Shown piece by piece: positions 1-9,849 of a stretch of DNA of 64,000 nt (positions are counted from its first letter, which is position 1; every line of letters begins with the position of its first letter). A program made the translations under genes and the position numbers. This stretch comes from an uncultured Rhodobacteraceae bacterium (GTDB taxonomy: Bacteria; Pseudomonadota; Alphaproteobacteria; Rhodobacterales; Rhodobacteraceae). The stretch is taken from the NCBI GenBank assembly GCA_913041815.1, contig CAJWJE010000002.1:13944-77943 (forward strand), read 5' to 3'. Below the pieces are notes generated by a model, which saw only the letters and a list, made by a program, of their open reading frames with translations, was not told where the DNA came from and searched no databases.

Positions 1-1011
1 GTCGCCGTTGATATGACCAACCGCAGCACCGCATCCAAAATGATTGGGCAAGACGTCTCTATGCCCGTGGCTCTTGCCCCGGTTGGTATGACCGGCATGC
101 AATGCGCAGATGGCGAGATCAAAGCCGCCCGCGCCGCCGCCGCTTTCGGGGTGCCCTATACATTATCGACCATGTCGATATGTTCCATCGAGGATGTTGC
201 CGCCGCCACGGACGCCCCCTTTTGGTTTCAGCTCTACACTTTGACCGATGAGGATTACTCGGATCGTTTGATCCAACGGGTAAAAGACGCCAATTGTTCA
301 GCGCTCGTCATCACCCTGGACCTACAGATCCTAGGGCAGCGTCACAAAGATCTGAAAAACGGCCTATCGGCCCCACCGAAACTCACAGCCAAGACCATAG
401 CCAATCTGGCCACTAAATGGAGCTGGGGCCTTGAGATGCTCGGCACCAAGCGCCGCGGCTTTGGCAATATCGTGGGACATGTCAGCGGCATCTCCGACAC
501 CACCTCCCTCAGCGCCTGGACCGCCGAGCAATTTGACCAGGCACTCGATTGGAAGAAGGTTGAGACCTTGATGAAAAAATGGGGCGGCAAGGTGATTTTG
601 AAAGGCATCTTGGATCCCGAAGACGCAAAAATAGCGGCGAATCTTGGGGTCGATGCGATCATCGTGTCCAACCACGGCGGGCGGCAACTCGACGGTGCAC
701 TATCGTCGATCCGTATGCTGCCAAAAATTGTCGAAGCGGTGGATGGCAAATGCGAGGTTTGGATGGATGGCGGGATCCGTTGCGGGCAAGATATCCTCAA
801 AGCCAAAGCCCTTGGCGCGACCGGAACGATGATCGGCCGATCCTATATCTACGGCCTCGGTGCCATGGGCCAGGCCGGCGTGACCAAAGCGCTGGAAGTG
901 ATGCACAAAGAATTGGACACCACAATGGCGCTTTGTGGGCATCGCGATATCAACGATGTGACCCGAGATATTCTTTATATTCCAGGGGATTTTGAGGGGC
1001 GCTGGGCCTAG
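1..1011 (+). CDS. lldD: FMN-dependent alpha-hydroxy-acid dehydrogenase (L-lactate dehydrogenase-like), N-terminus outside window
   Basis: Frame of ORF 13..1011 stays open to base 1. Motifs MPVALAPVG, PYTLSTMS and SNHGGRQLDG are typical of the LldD/glycolate oxidase family. At 332 aa it is shorter than the usual ~380 aa. Confidence 0.85.
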   Translation, partial: VAVDMTNRSTASKMIGQDVSMPVALAPVGMTGMQCADGEIKAARAAAAFGVPYTLSTMSICSIEDVAAATDAPFWFQLYTLTDEDYSDRLIQRVKDANCSALVITLDLQILGQRHKDLKNGLSAPPKLTAKTIANLATKWSWGLEMLGTKRRGFGNIVGHVSGISDTTSLSAWTAEQFDQALDWKKVETLMKKWGGKVILKGILDPEDAKIAANLGVDAIIVSNHGGRQLDGALSSIRMLPKIVEAVDGKCEVWMDGGIRCGQDILKAKALGATGTMIGRSYIYGLGAMGQAGVTKALEVMHKELDTTMALCGHRDINDVTRDILYIPGDFEGRWA

Positions 1012-1069
1012 TCCTAGGCCGGGGCCAGTGCCTATTTAGTTTGCGTCACCGGCATCTTGTTCAAAGTGA

Positions 1070-1098
1070 ATAATAAAGGAGGCGCGCAGAGCGCCCTC
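1070..1098 (-). terminator. Possible intrinsic terminator after the BCCT gene, lying between convergent genes
   Basis: GGCGC(1080-1084)/GCGCC(1090-1094) stem with a 5-nt loop. On the minus strand it is followed by UUUAUUAUU. Confidence 0.35.
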
Positions 1099-1115
1099 TT
1101 CTGCCCTAATAAGGG

Positions 1116-2957
1116 TTACTCGGTCGCTGCGTTTGAGCCATCCTCGCTCGAGCTGCGCGCGCTGTCTCGATAAAGCGCTTTTGTCAGCGAGAGCACCATC
1201 AACCCCATCACCATCGTAAACGGCAGCGCCCCGATGATCATGGCGTTTTTCAAAGCTTCCATCGGATCCGCGCCCGGGTTGGTCGCGCCCACCACTAGCA
1301 ATGTGCCGATCACGGCTGTCAAGATCAGCCCCCAAACGATCTTATGCTTATTGCCGATATCTTGATCGCCACCCGACATGATGGTGTTCATCACCAAAAT
1401 GCCCGAATCTGCCGAAGTGACCAAGAAAGTCATGATCAAAACAACGCACATCACGGTCAAAGCAGACAACAAGCCACCCTCAATCATTTGTCCAAGGGTT
1501 ACAAAAAGCTTGTTGGTGTTTGAGGCCCCAATAATCGCACCATTGGCACCACCGGTCAGCTCCATATCAATGGCCGTGGCCCCAAAAATGGTCATCCAGG
1601 CAAAACACACCATCGCCGGCGCAAATACGCAGCCTAAAATAAACTCACGCACCGTACGACCGCGCGAAATTCGTGCTAAGAACAGTCCCACAAATGGCGA
1701 AAAGGCAATCCACCATGCCCAATAGAAGGTGGTCCAGCCTGCTTGCCAGCCAAATTGACGCCCCTGCTCGCCGGCCGCATAGACCGCGATTAATGTCGCC
1801 TCATCCAAGGCTGCGGCCGCGCCGTCAAGCCCTGATTTGAAGCCATCATAGCTGCCCCAGGCATTGGTTGCGCCGCCGATCAGCTCGTCAGCCAAAGGCT
1901 TGGCCGCCTCTGGAAGGGCCATCACAAAGGCCTCTGACGACTGCGCGCCATAGGCGCCGAAGCTCAGCGACACAAAGTGCAAGACATAATCTACAAATGC
2001 CGTGGCGTAGGTTGTCATTGCGAAGGCAAATGAACCGAAGAGTACAAAGGTAAACAACAAAATCAGCGACAAGACCAAATTTAGATTGGACAGATACTTC
2101 ACCCCGCGGCCAACCCCAGACACGGCTGAGATAATCGACAGACCCATGATGCAGACCAACCCTGCAATCAGACCCACAGTGCCAGGCTTTGGCACATCTC
2201 CGGCCATATCCATCAGCCAATCGGCGCCGGTAATCGCATAGACCCCGTCGACAAACTGGCTCACACCAAAGCCGATGGTGACCGATACGCCCAAAATCGT
2301 CGCCATAACGCCCAATACATCCACAAGATGCCCAATGAACCCGTTCACAAAGCGCCCCAAAAGCGGGGTCAGTGCCGAGCGGATGGTCAGGGGCATATCG
2401 CGGGTATAGGCGTAATAGGCCAGGCTCAGGCCGGTAACCACATAAATCTCCCAGGCATGAAACCCATAGTGCAAAAACGTATAACGATAACCCGAGGTGC
2501 TTGCCTCTTGGCTATTTGGCGCGACGGCTCCGCTGACCGTCTCAGGGTTTAAGCCCCAAAGGCCTAAAGGCTCGGCGGTTGCAAAGACCATCAACCCCAC
2601 ACCCAAGCCTGCGCCAAACATCATGGAAAACCATGAAAAATTGGAAAATTCCGGTGCCTCATCCGTCCGGCCCATCTTACGCTTGCCGGTTTTCGGCAGA
2701 ATGGCGACCACGGCCAGGAAAAAGGCGAAAATACCTACAATGATGATATAAAATGCGTTGAAGACCTCCAACAGCCACCAGTTCAGGCTGCTTAAATTGC
2801 TATTGGCATTGGCATTGGCCGGCCAAACCAAAGCCCAGATCACAAGCGCAACCATAATGCCCTTGCTCAACAAGGCGATTTCAACGCTGTGACCTTCATA
2901 AAAACCAGAAGCGGCTCGTCGGACCTCAACCGCTGTAAAAGGGGGTTTTATTGACAT
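1116..2957 (-). CDS. BCCT-family (betaine/carnitine/choline) transporter
   Basis: Long polytopic membrane ORF with a BCCT-like W/G-rich core (WTTFYWAWWIAFSPFVGLFLARISRGRT). Start moved to the ATG at 2957, which follows GGAGG (ggaggattgatATG); the ORF-track start at 3005 has no RBS. Confidence 0.9.
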   Translation of the reverse strand: MSIKPPFTAVEVRRAASGFYEGHSVEIALLSKGIMVALVIWALVWPANANANSNLSSLNWWLLEVFNAFYIIIVGIFAFFLAVVAILPKTGKRKMGRTDEAPEFSNFSWFSMMFGAGLGVGLMVFATAEPLGLWGLNPETVSGAVAPNSQEASTSGYRYTFLHYGFHAWEIYVVTGLSLAYYAYTRDMPLTIRSALTPLLGRFVNGFIGHLVDVLGVMATILGVSVTIGFGVSQFVDGVYAITGADWLMDMAGDVPKPGTVGLIAGLVCIMGLSIISAVSGVGRGVKYLSNLNLVLSLILLFTFVLFGSFAFAMTTYATAFVDYVLHFVSLSFGAYGAQSSEAFVMALPEAAKPLADELIGGATNAWGSYDGFKSGLDGAAAALDEATLIAVYAAGEQGRQFGWQAGWTTFYWAWWIAFSPFVGLFLARISRGRTVREFILGCVFAPAMVCFAWMTIFGATAIDMELTGGANGAIIGASNTNKLFVTLGQMIEGGLLSALTVMCVVLIMTFLVTSADSGILVMNTIMSGGDQDIGNKHKIVWGLILTAVIGTLLVVGATNPGADPMEALKNAMIIGALPFTMVMGLMVLSLTKALYRDSARSSSEDGSNAATE

Positions 2958-3280
2958 ATCAATCCTCCATTTCTTTCTTTCAATGTGACGATGGCCCGTG
3001 ATCAATATCTATCAAAATAGCAGCTTAAAAATCCGCGCATTGCCTTATTATTATTCAAATATTTTAATTTTTCGTTCCCATGCCTCTTCTGCGCAGGCAT
3101 CGCAAAATACACAGCGCGCCAGAGAACTCGCCCGTTTAAGGCCACGTAATTGGATTGAAGTCATGGCTTTGACCCGTTGCAATATCTGAGTGGGAAACGA
3201 ATATTTACAAAGGCTACCGCTTACTGCGAAAAAGCCTGCCAGAGCCTATTTGGTTTCGCAAGCTTTTGTTTGCCCGCAGT

Positions 3281-4426
3281 TTAGATGCGCCGCAGCAGCA
3301 AGGTCAGTGGAATGGCTGCAAGGGCGAGGCCCGCCGCACCGAGGAACGCTATACGCAATCCATAAATTTCAGACACAAAACCCATCAAAGCGGGTGCCAA
3401 AAAGAAACCTGCAAATCCCAAAACAGCCACACGCGAAATCGCCTCTGTGCGCAAATGGTCCGGCACTTTTCGACCGACCAATGCCAAACCCAAAGGACCG
3501 ATCACAGAGATGCCCAGGCCTAAAATACCAAATCCGATATAAGCCCAAAGCGGCGCTGGGGCCAAAGCGGCCAATACCGCGCCAGCTATGGCCACCAATG
3601 TGGCCGCTATGATGACTTTTGTCTCCGAAAAAATTTGCGACACAGCTTGACCTGAAAACCGACCAAGCGCCATGGTCAGCCCCAGCATCGCCGGCCCCAT
3701 CGCCCCTTCGGCCGCACGGCCCTGCAGGCTGCGCTCAATGTGCAAAGCAGACCAAGTCTCAACAGCGGCTTCTATCATAAAGGCCACCAAAACAATCAAC
3801 CCACATACAATAATGGGCTTTAAAGGATAGCGGCCACCCGTAGCGGCGCCTGGCGCTACATCTCGCGGCGGCATATAAAGAAAGATCATGAGGATGAAAA
3901 TGAGACCCGCCACAGCCGCGAAGGCCGATACCGGCGCGATCTGCGCCTCGCGCGCCACGCCGCTCGAAATCGCAGCAACAGCATAACCGACTGAAAACAT
4001 TCCGTGGTTGGCATTCATCAAAGGCTGACGATGTTGCTGTTCCAATTCGCTCACCCGTGCATTCATCAGCACATCTGTGAGGCCCGAAGCTGCGCCCACA
4101 ACCACCATGGCCACGCCAAAGCTCACCGCATCTGTCGCAAAGCCCAACATAAGAAAGCTCAAGGCAAACGCAACGCTGGAAAACTGCAACCCGCGCGCGC
4201 CCAACGCAGAGTCGAGCCGCGGCGCCACAACCATCGAGGAGACCAACCCAAGCGCATTGCACAGCAGCAATAGGCCAAAAGTCGCATCGTTGACATCCAA
4301 ACCTGCTTTGATCTGCGGCACGTAAGCCGCAAAACACCCCCAAAACAGGCCAACAATAGCAAATGCAACCGCAGGGCGACGAGACAGGTAGAGGGCGTGG
4401 AAAACGTGCATAGGCTGTTTTTTCAT
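3281..4426 (-). CDS. MFS transporter
   Basis: 381-aa hydrophobic ORF with about 12 predicted helices and MFS-like loop spacing. No specific subfamily recognised. Confidence 0.75.
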   Translation of the reverse strand: MKKQPMHVFHALYLSRRPAVAFAIVGLFWGCFAAYVPQIKAGLDVNDATFGLLLLCNALGLVSSMVVAPRLDSALGARGLQFSSVAFALSFLMLGFATDAVSFGVAMVVVGAASGLTDVLMNARVSELEQQHRQPLMNANHGMFSVGYAVAAISSGVAREAQIAPVSAFAAVAGLIFILMIFLYMPPRDVAPGAATGGRYPLKPIIVCGLIVLVAFMIEAAVETWSALHIERSLQGRAAEGAMGPAMLGLTMALGRFSGQAVSQIFSETKVIIAATLVAIAGAVLAALAPAPLWAYIGFGILGLGISVIGPLGLALVGRKVPDHLRTEAISRVAVLGFAGFFLAPALMGFVSEIYGLRIAFLGAAGLALAAIPLTLLLRRI

Positions 4427-4554
4427 AGCCGCCAGCCTCTTGCAAGAAACAAAGCAATCAAGGGCTTTTCTTTTGTCCCATATGGCCCTATACGGCGCAC
4501 TTCATCGGGGCATACACCCTTGGAGGATGCCCCCCCATTTTAAGGAATAGACCC

Positions 4555-5196
4555 ATGGCAGGACAGATCCCAGATCTAATCGCTTCGGTACGGACGGGGA
4601 CAGGCAAGGGGGCCGCTCGTCAATCTCGCCGCGAAGGCAACGTACCAGGCATCGTTTTCGGTGGTGAGGCGGAGCCGCTTCCCATTAATATCCCGTTCAA
4701 TAAACTGTTTTCCCTATTGAAAGCAGGGCGGTTTAAGTCAACTTTGTTCAACCTCAAACTTGAAGGTCATGACGACGTGCGCGTCATCTGCCGCGATGTG
4801 CAACGCCACACCGTGAAAGATTTACCAACCCATGTCGACTTCATGCGCCTGCGCCGCACATCAAAAATCAACCTGTTTATTCCGGTCGAATTTTTGAATG
4901 AAGACATATGCCCTGGCCTGAAAAAAGGCGGCGTGCTGACTTTGGTGCGTCCTGAGGTTGAGCTGGTGGTCACCGCGGGAGATATCCCCGAGAAGATCAC
5001 AGTTGATCTGACGGGCCTGGAAGTTGGTGATGTGATTACCATCTCCTCTGTCGAACTGCCGAAGGGCTCCAAACCGACTATCGACCGTGACTTTGTGATC
5101 GCCAATATCGCAGCGCCCTCTGGTCTGCGTTCTGCGGACAATGACAATGACGCTGACGAAGAGGCCGAAGAGACAGAAGCGGCAGCAGAGGAATAA
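4555..5196 (+). CDS. rplY: 50S ribosomal protein L25 / general stress protein Ctc
   Basis: N-terminus ([20 protein letters not shown]) and acidic C-terminal tail are typical of long-form L25/Ctc. The pth gene lies downstream, which is the conserved rplY-pth pairing. Confidence 0.9.
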   Translation: MAGQIPDLIASVRTGTGKGAARQSRREGNVPGIVFGGEAEPLPINIPFNKLFSLLKAGRFKSTLFNLKLEGHDDVRVICRDVQRHTVKDLPTHVDFMRLRRTSKINLFIPVEFLNEDICPGLKKGGVLTLVRPEVELVVTAGDIPEKITVDLTGLEVGDVITISSVELPKGSKPTIDRDFVIANIAAPSGLRSADNDNDADEEAEETEAAAEE

Positions 5197-5231
5197 TCCT
5201 CGACCGTCAAATCTACCTATGATCCATAACA

Positions 5232-5257
5232 CCCCGCCAGAAATGGTGGGGTTTTTT
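5232..5257 (+). terminator. Intrinsic terminator/attenuator between rplY and pth
   Basis: CCCCGCC(5232-5238)-AGAAAT-GGTGGGG(5245-5251), with one G.T pair, followed by TTTTTT (5252-5257). Confidence 0.55.
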
Positions 5258-5323
5258 GTATCTACCGCCCCACATGGGCGCAAATCTCTTTCAACCCAGC
5301 AGCCCGCAGGTTACACTGATCTC

Positions 5324-6010
5324 ATGAAACTGTTCGTTGGCCTTGGTAATCCCGGCGCGAAATATGCGCATAATCGGCATAATATCGGCTTTATGGCCCT
5401 TAATAGAATCACCGAAGATCATCAGTTCAGCCCGTGGCGCTCAAAGTTTCAAGGTCAAATTTGCGACGGCATATTGGGCGGTCACAAGGTGCTGCTGCTC
5501 AAACCCGCAACCTTCATGAATCTATCCGGGCAATCGGTCGACAAGGCCGCGCGGTTTCACAAGATCCCGCTGGATGAAATCACCGTTTTTCACGATGAAT
5601 TGGATCTAGCCCCCGGGAAACTGCGGCTCAAACAGGGGGGTGGCCATGCGGGGCATAATGGGCTGCGCTCTATCCACGCTCACTTGGGCGCAGACTATGG
5701 CCGCGTGCGTCTGGGTATTGGCCATCCTGGCCATAAGGATGCGGTGGCCGGCTTTGTGCTTCGAGACTTTACCAAGGCAGATCAAGATTGGCTGGCGGCC
5801 CTGCTCACGGGCATTGGCAATGGCGCGATGCATTTGGCCGCGGGAGATGGCGCAAAGTTCATGAACGCCGTGGCCTTACAAACCGCCCCGCCGCGCTCTT
5901 CAAAATCCCCAAAAGCGATAGCGCAGAAACCTGCGCAAAAACCTGCCACGCCTGCCGAAGGCGCGCCTGCGCGCTCTCCTTTGCAAAAGCTCCTCGAAAA
6001 ATTTAAATGA
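5324..6010 (+). CDS. pth: Peptidyl-tRNA hydrolase
   Basis: MKLFVGLGNPG.KY...RHNIGF signature starts at the ATG at 5324. The upstream part of ORF 5141.. overlaps the rplY tail and terminator, so it was discarded. It has a Pro/Ala/Lys-rich C-terminal extension. Confidence 0.92.
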   Translation: MKLFVGLGNPGAKYAHNRHNIGFMALNRITEDHQFSPWRSKFQGQICDGILGGHKVLLLKPATFMNLSGQSVDKAARFHKIPLDEITVFHDELDLAPGKLRLKQGGGHAGHNGLRSIHAHLGADYGRVRLGIGHPGHKDAVAGFVLRDFTKADQDWLAALLTGIGNGAMHLAAGDGAKFMNAVALQTAPPRSSKSPKAIAQKPAQKPATPAEGAPARSPLQKLLEKFK

Positions 6011-6038
6011 AACGCCATTTTGAGCGTCAAGCGGACTA

Positions 6039-6581
6039 TTGTACCGCCTTTGGAGCAGAGCTCACAGCCCGGTGAAGCTTGCGCCCAAATGGCAAGGGGC
6101 GCTGCCTTTACCGGTCCCCCATCGCCTGCACGATGCACAGGGCTGTGATCTTGAGCCGCTTGATCTGCGACAGCCGCAAGACCTACTGCGTCTGCGCGCC
6201 TATATCTGGGCCGATCAACCCGAAAGGCGCACACGCGCCGTCGCGGCCATCTCACTCAAACCACCGCTGCCCCACAGGTCCAGTGCGATTGAGTTTTTGC
6301 GCCAGCGTCTCGCCGCGCCTTGGATCGGCTGTCATTTGATCTATTCGACGGTCGCTTGGCAATATTTATCACAAGACGAAAAGAGCCAAATTACCGACTT
6401 GATTGCAACACGCGGCGCAGAGGCAAAATCACCCCTGGCGTGGCTGCAGATTGAGGCAGATGGGAAATCGCCCGGCGCAGCTATGCAGTTGGACTTGTGG
6501 CCTGAGCAAAAGCAGATAGAGTTAGGCCGAATGGATTTTCATGGCCGTTGGATCACTTGGACGGCCCCACAGCCGGGGTAA
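6039..6581 (+). pseudogene. C-terminal half of a DUF2332-family protein (probable 5'-truncated remnant)
   Basis: The segment DLEPLDL..LRLRAYIWADQPER ... IYSTVAWQYL ... PLAWLQIEADG ... GRMDFHGRWITW matches my memory of the C-terminal half of DUF2332 proteins, which I recall as roughly twice this length. There is no room for the N-terminal half, because pth ends at 6010. Confidence 0.5.
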
Positions 6582-6585
6582 AGAC

Positions 6586-6960
6586 ATGCAAAAAGACATC
6601 GAAATCAATGTGTTTGGCCTGCCCCTCGCGGCTTGCTCGCGGGAACCTTTGACTGGCTTTTTCCGCGATGGCTCCTGCAATACCTGCACGCAGGACACAG
6701 GCAGCCATACGGTCTGCGCGGTGATGACCTCTGAGTTTCTCGCCTTTTCTAAATATCTCGGAAATGATCTCACCACCCCGCGGCCAGAGTTTGGCTTTGC
6801 GGGCCTCAAAACCGGGGACCGCTGGTGCCTCTGCGCTGGACGGTTTTTGCAAGCCCACCAAGAGGGCTGCGCACCGCAGGTGCAACTGGAGTCGACCCAC
6901 CAAAAGGCGTTGGACATCGTGCCGATTGAAATCCTGCAACTTTATGCGGCGCCCAAATAG
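6586..6960 (+). CDS. DUF2237 family protein
   Basis: NVFGLPL..CS..PLTGFFRDG.C.T...D.G.H.VCA.MT.EFL.FS...GNDL..P ... GDRWCLCA is the characteristic DUF2237 pattern. Start set at the ATG at 6586. Confidence 0.75.
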   Translation: MQKDIEINVFGLPLAACSREPLTGFFRDGSCNTCTQDTGSHTVCAVMTSEFLAFSKYLGNDLTTPRPEFGFAGLKTGDRWCLCAGRFLQAHQEGCAPQVQLESTHQKALDIVPIEILQLYAAPK

Positions 6961-7002
6961 CCCCGCAAAAAGATCCGGGGCTCGGGCCGATTGCCGCCCC
7001 AG

Positions 7003-8235
7003 TTAGGCTCCAGTGTTCATCTCAATTCCAAAAGCTGCTGCCACGGTGAATATATCCTTGTCCCCACGGCCGCACATATTCATGCAGATCAGGTGATCGG
7101 CTGGCAATTCTGGGGCGATCTTCATCACATGGGCCATAGCATGGCTCGGCTCAAGAGCTGGAATAATGCCTTCAAGTTCACAGCACAGCTGAAAGGCTTC
7201 CAGCGCTTCTACATCGGTGATCGAAACATATTGTGCCCTACCAATATCATGCAGCCACGCATGTTCCGGGCCGATCCCAGGGTAATCAAGCCCGGCGGAA
7301 ATCGAGAATCCCTCTAGAATTTGCCCATCATCATCCTGCAATAGGTAGGTGCGATTGCCATGCAGCACACCAGGACGACCGCCGGTCAGAGAAGCGCAAT
7401 GCTCCATTTTGGCATTCACTCCTTTGCCCCCAGCCTCGACACCGATGATTCCAACCTCTTTGTCATCAAGGAAAGGGTAGAACAGCCCCATAGCATTCGA
7501 ACCGCCACCAATGGCCGCAATCAATGTGTCCGGCAGGCGCCCTTCTTGCTTTAACATCTGCGCGCGCGCTTCCTTGCCGATGATGGCTTGAAAGTCCCGC
7601 ACCATCGCCGGATAGGGATGCGGGCCTGCGACGGTGCCGATGCAGTAAAATGTATCCTCTACGTTGGTCACCCAATCGCGCAACGCATCATTCATAGCGT
7701 CTTTTAATGTACCACGGCCAGAGGTAACCGGCACGACTTCGGCTCCCAAAAGCTTCATGCGAAACACATTCGGCGCTTGGCGCTCAACATCATGCGCCCC
7801 CATATAGACCACGCATTTCAAACCGAATTTGGCACATACCGTGGCGGTGGCCACCCCATGCTGACCTGCGCCAGTTTCCGCGATGATCCGGTTTTTCCCC
7901 ATTCGGCGGGCCAAGATAATCTGGCCCAAGACATTGTTAATTTTATGCGCGCCCGTGTGGTTGAGCTCGTCACGCTTAAGATAGACTTTCGCGCCGCCCA
8001 GGTGCTCGGTCAAACGCTCGGCAAAGTATAATGGGCTGGGACGACCGACGTAGTGGGTCCAAAGATCATTCATCTCTGCCCAAAAGCTATCATCAGTCTT
8101 GGCATATTCATATTGCGTTTCAAGATCCAAGATCAGCGGCATCAGAGTTTCTGAGACAAATCGCCCCCCGAAATCGCCAAAACGACCCTGTTCATCCGGT
8201 CCTGAGGTAAAGCTGTTGAGCAGATCATCGGCCAT
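7003..8235 (-). CDS. trpB: Tryptophan synthase beta subunit
   Basis: [25 protein letters not shown] and GGGSNA motifs. Start set at the ATG at 8235, preceded by GGGAGA. Confidence 0.95.
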   Translation of the reverse strand: MADDLLNSFTSGPDEQGRFGDFGGRFVSETLMPLILDLETQYEYAKTDDSFWAEMNDLWTHYVGRPSPLYFAERLTEHLGGAKVYLKRDELNHTGAHKINNVLGQIILARRMGKNRIIAETGAGQHGVATATVCAKFGLKCVVYMGAHDVERQAPNVFRMKLLGAEVVPVTSGRGTLKDAMNDALRDWVTNVEDTFYCIGTVAGPHPYPAMVRDFQAIIGKEARAQMLKQEGRLPDTLIAAIGGGSNAMGLFYPFLDDKEVGIIGVEAGGKGVNAKMEHCASLTGGRPGVLHGNRTYLLQDDDGQILEGFSISAGLDYPGIGPEHAWLHDIGRAQYVSITDVEALEAFQLCCELEGIIPALEPSHAMAHVMKIAPELPADHLICMNMCGRGDKDIFTVAAAFGIEMNTGA

Positions 8236-8317
8236 TGTTTTCTCCCTTGCGCTTTTGCGATAAGAGGTAGCGCCCTGCCCCTCTAAGGTAAAGACCCGGC
8301 CATGATTTTTCGATGCT

Positions 8318-8956
8318 TTACGTGTTGGCTTCAGAGACAAATTTCGCCATAAGCTCGGCGCTCTTTTGGCCAGGCGCAGTTTCGATGCCAGAACTTACAT
8401 CAACTTGTCGCGCACCCGAATAGCGCACCGCCTCGGCCACATTGTTCGGCGTGAGACCACCCGCGAGCATCCAAGGCATTGACCAGCTTTCTCCTTCAAG
8501 CAAGCGCCAGTCAAAAGATAAGCCATTGCCTCCCGGCAGAGCCTCGCCCGCCGCCGGTTTGGCGTCCAAAAGCAATTGATCCGCCACGCCCGAATAGAGC
8601 TGCGCGCGGGCGACATCGGCGCGCGACGCAATACCCAGAGCCTTCATCACCGGCAAGCCGTAGCGCACTTTTACCGCTGCCACGCGCTCTGGAGTTTCCT
8701 CGCCGTGAAGTTGCAGCATATCCAGCGGAACAGAGGCGGTAATGTGATCAAGGGCAGCATCATCAGCATTTACCACCAAAGCAACCTTAGCCAAGCCCAC
8801 GGGCGCGCGCAGAGCCAGGCTGCGGGCCGTCTCGATCGTCACATTACGGGGTGATTTTTCAAAAAAAACCATACCGATATAGGCCGCCCCTGCCGCAGCC
8901 GCGGCATCTATATCACCTTCGGTGGTCAAGCCGCAAAGCTTGGCGCGCACCTTCAT
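8318..8956 (-). CDS. trpF: Phosphoribosylanthranilate isomerase
   Basis: MKV..KLCGLT..EDI......GA.Y.G.VFF..SPR and LQLHG.E motifs. Lies immediately upstream of trpB. Confidence 0.9.
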   Translation of the reverse strand: MKVRAKLCGLTTEGDIDAAAAAGAAYIGMVFFEKSPRNVTIETARSLALRAPVGLAKVALVVNADDAALDHITASVPLDMLQLHGEETPERVAAVKVRYGLPVMKALGIASRADVARAQLYSGVADQLLLDAKPAAGEALPGGNGLSFDWRLLEGESWSMPWMLAGGLTPNNVAEAVRYSGARQVDVSSGIETAPGQKSAELMAKFVSEANT

Positions 8957-9306
8957 GACACCTCATCCAAAAGTGCTAAAATTTCATCTTTGTCGGTATC
9001 AGCTGAGCTGGCTTTCAATTTGCTCACTTCACGCTCCAAACGCACGACCTGCATATGTTCGCTTCGCGCTGCGTTTCGGTGTTTCATCTCGCGCAGCCAC
9101 TCCCACACGAAACCAATCAACAAGCCCATGGTCACGCCAAGGAAAATCACGACAAAGAGCGGAACTTGCAGTTGCAGGTTAAATCCGACCAGCGTACCGA
9201 GCGCTTCGGGCAAGAGCGTTAAGCTCACAGCACCACGATTAGCCAGGGCCACGACAATCAAACTGACCGTGATAATGCCCAAAACCAAGTGCCGCAGATA
9301 ACGCAT
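8953..9306 (-). CDS. LapA-domain (DUF1049) inner-membrane protein
   Basis: 117 aa with two TM helices and a coiled C-terminal tail. Its position directly downstream of ihfB, with a 4-nt overlap onto the trpF start, matches the arrangement I recall in alphaproteobacteria. Confidence 0.6.
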   Translation of the reverse strand: MRYLRHLVLGIITVSLIVVALANRGAVSLTLLPEALGTLVGFNLQLQVPLFVVIFLGVTMGLLIGFVWEWLREMKHRNAARSEHMQVVRLEREVSKLKASSADTDKDEILALLDEVS

Positions 9307-9307
9307 T

Positions 9308-9589
9308 TTATTTCCCGTTTAGACGGTCTCTCAACAGCTTGCCTGTCTTGAAAAAAGGCACATGCTTTTCTTCAACAGATACAGACTCGCCTGTCCGCGG
9401 ATTGCGGCCAATACGAGGGTCGCGTTTTTTCACAGAAAAAGCCCCAAAGCCGCGCAATTCCACGCGATCGCCCTCAGCCATCGTATTTATTATTTCTTCA
9501 AAAATAGTGCTCACGATTTTCTCAACATCACGCTGATGAAGATGCGGATTTTCATCCACTAATTTTTGAACCAATTCTGAACGAATCAT
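9308..9589 (-). CDS. ihfB: Integration host factor subunit beta
   Basis: MIRSELV..L......L...DVE..V...F.EI...[33 protein letters not shown]. Start set at the ATG at 9589, giving 94 aa. Confidence 0.92.
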   Translation of the reverse strand: MIRSELVQKLVDENPHLHQRDVEKIVSTIFEEIINTMAEGDRVELRGFGAFSVKKRDPRIGRNPRTGESVSVEEKHVPFFKTGKLLRDRLNGK

Positions 9590-9794
9590 AGTATCCCCCT
9601 CGAAACTGTAAAAGTCATGAGCCACCCAAGCCCTGATAATAGGCTACAGGAAAACCATGCCAAATGTGAACCTATTGTTTTGTCAATATGTGAAAAAAAC
9701 AAAAAAATTAACAATTCAGGCGAGAAATAATCAATAAGTTTAGTAATCACAAAAACTCTGGTTCTATTTTTAACTCAAATCAAGACCTTGAGGC

Positions 9795-9823
9795 CAAAAA
9801 AATCCCGCCATAGCGGGATTTTT
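9795..9823 (-). terminator. Intrinsic terminator after rpsA
   Basis: ATCCCGC(9802-9808)-CATA-GCGGGAT(9813-9819), flanked by an A7 run on the left and a T4 run on the right. On the minus strand the hairpin is followed by UUUUUUU. Confidence 0.6.
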
Positions 9824-9849
9824 CAGATTTTTATTCGATAACCGATCGG

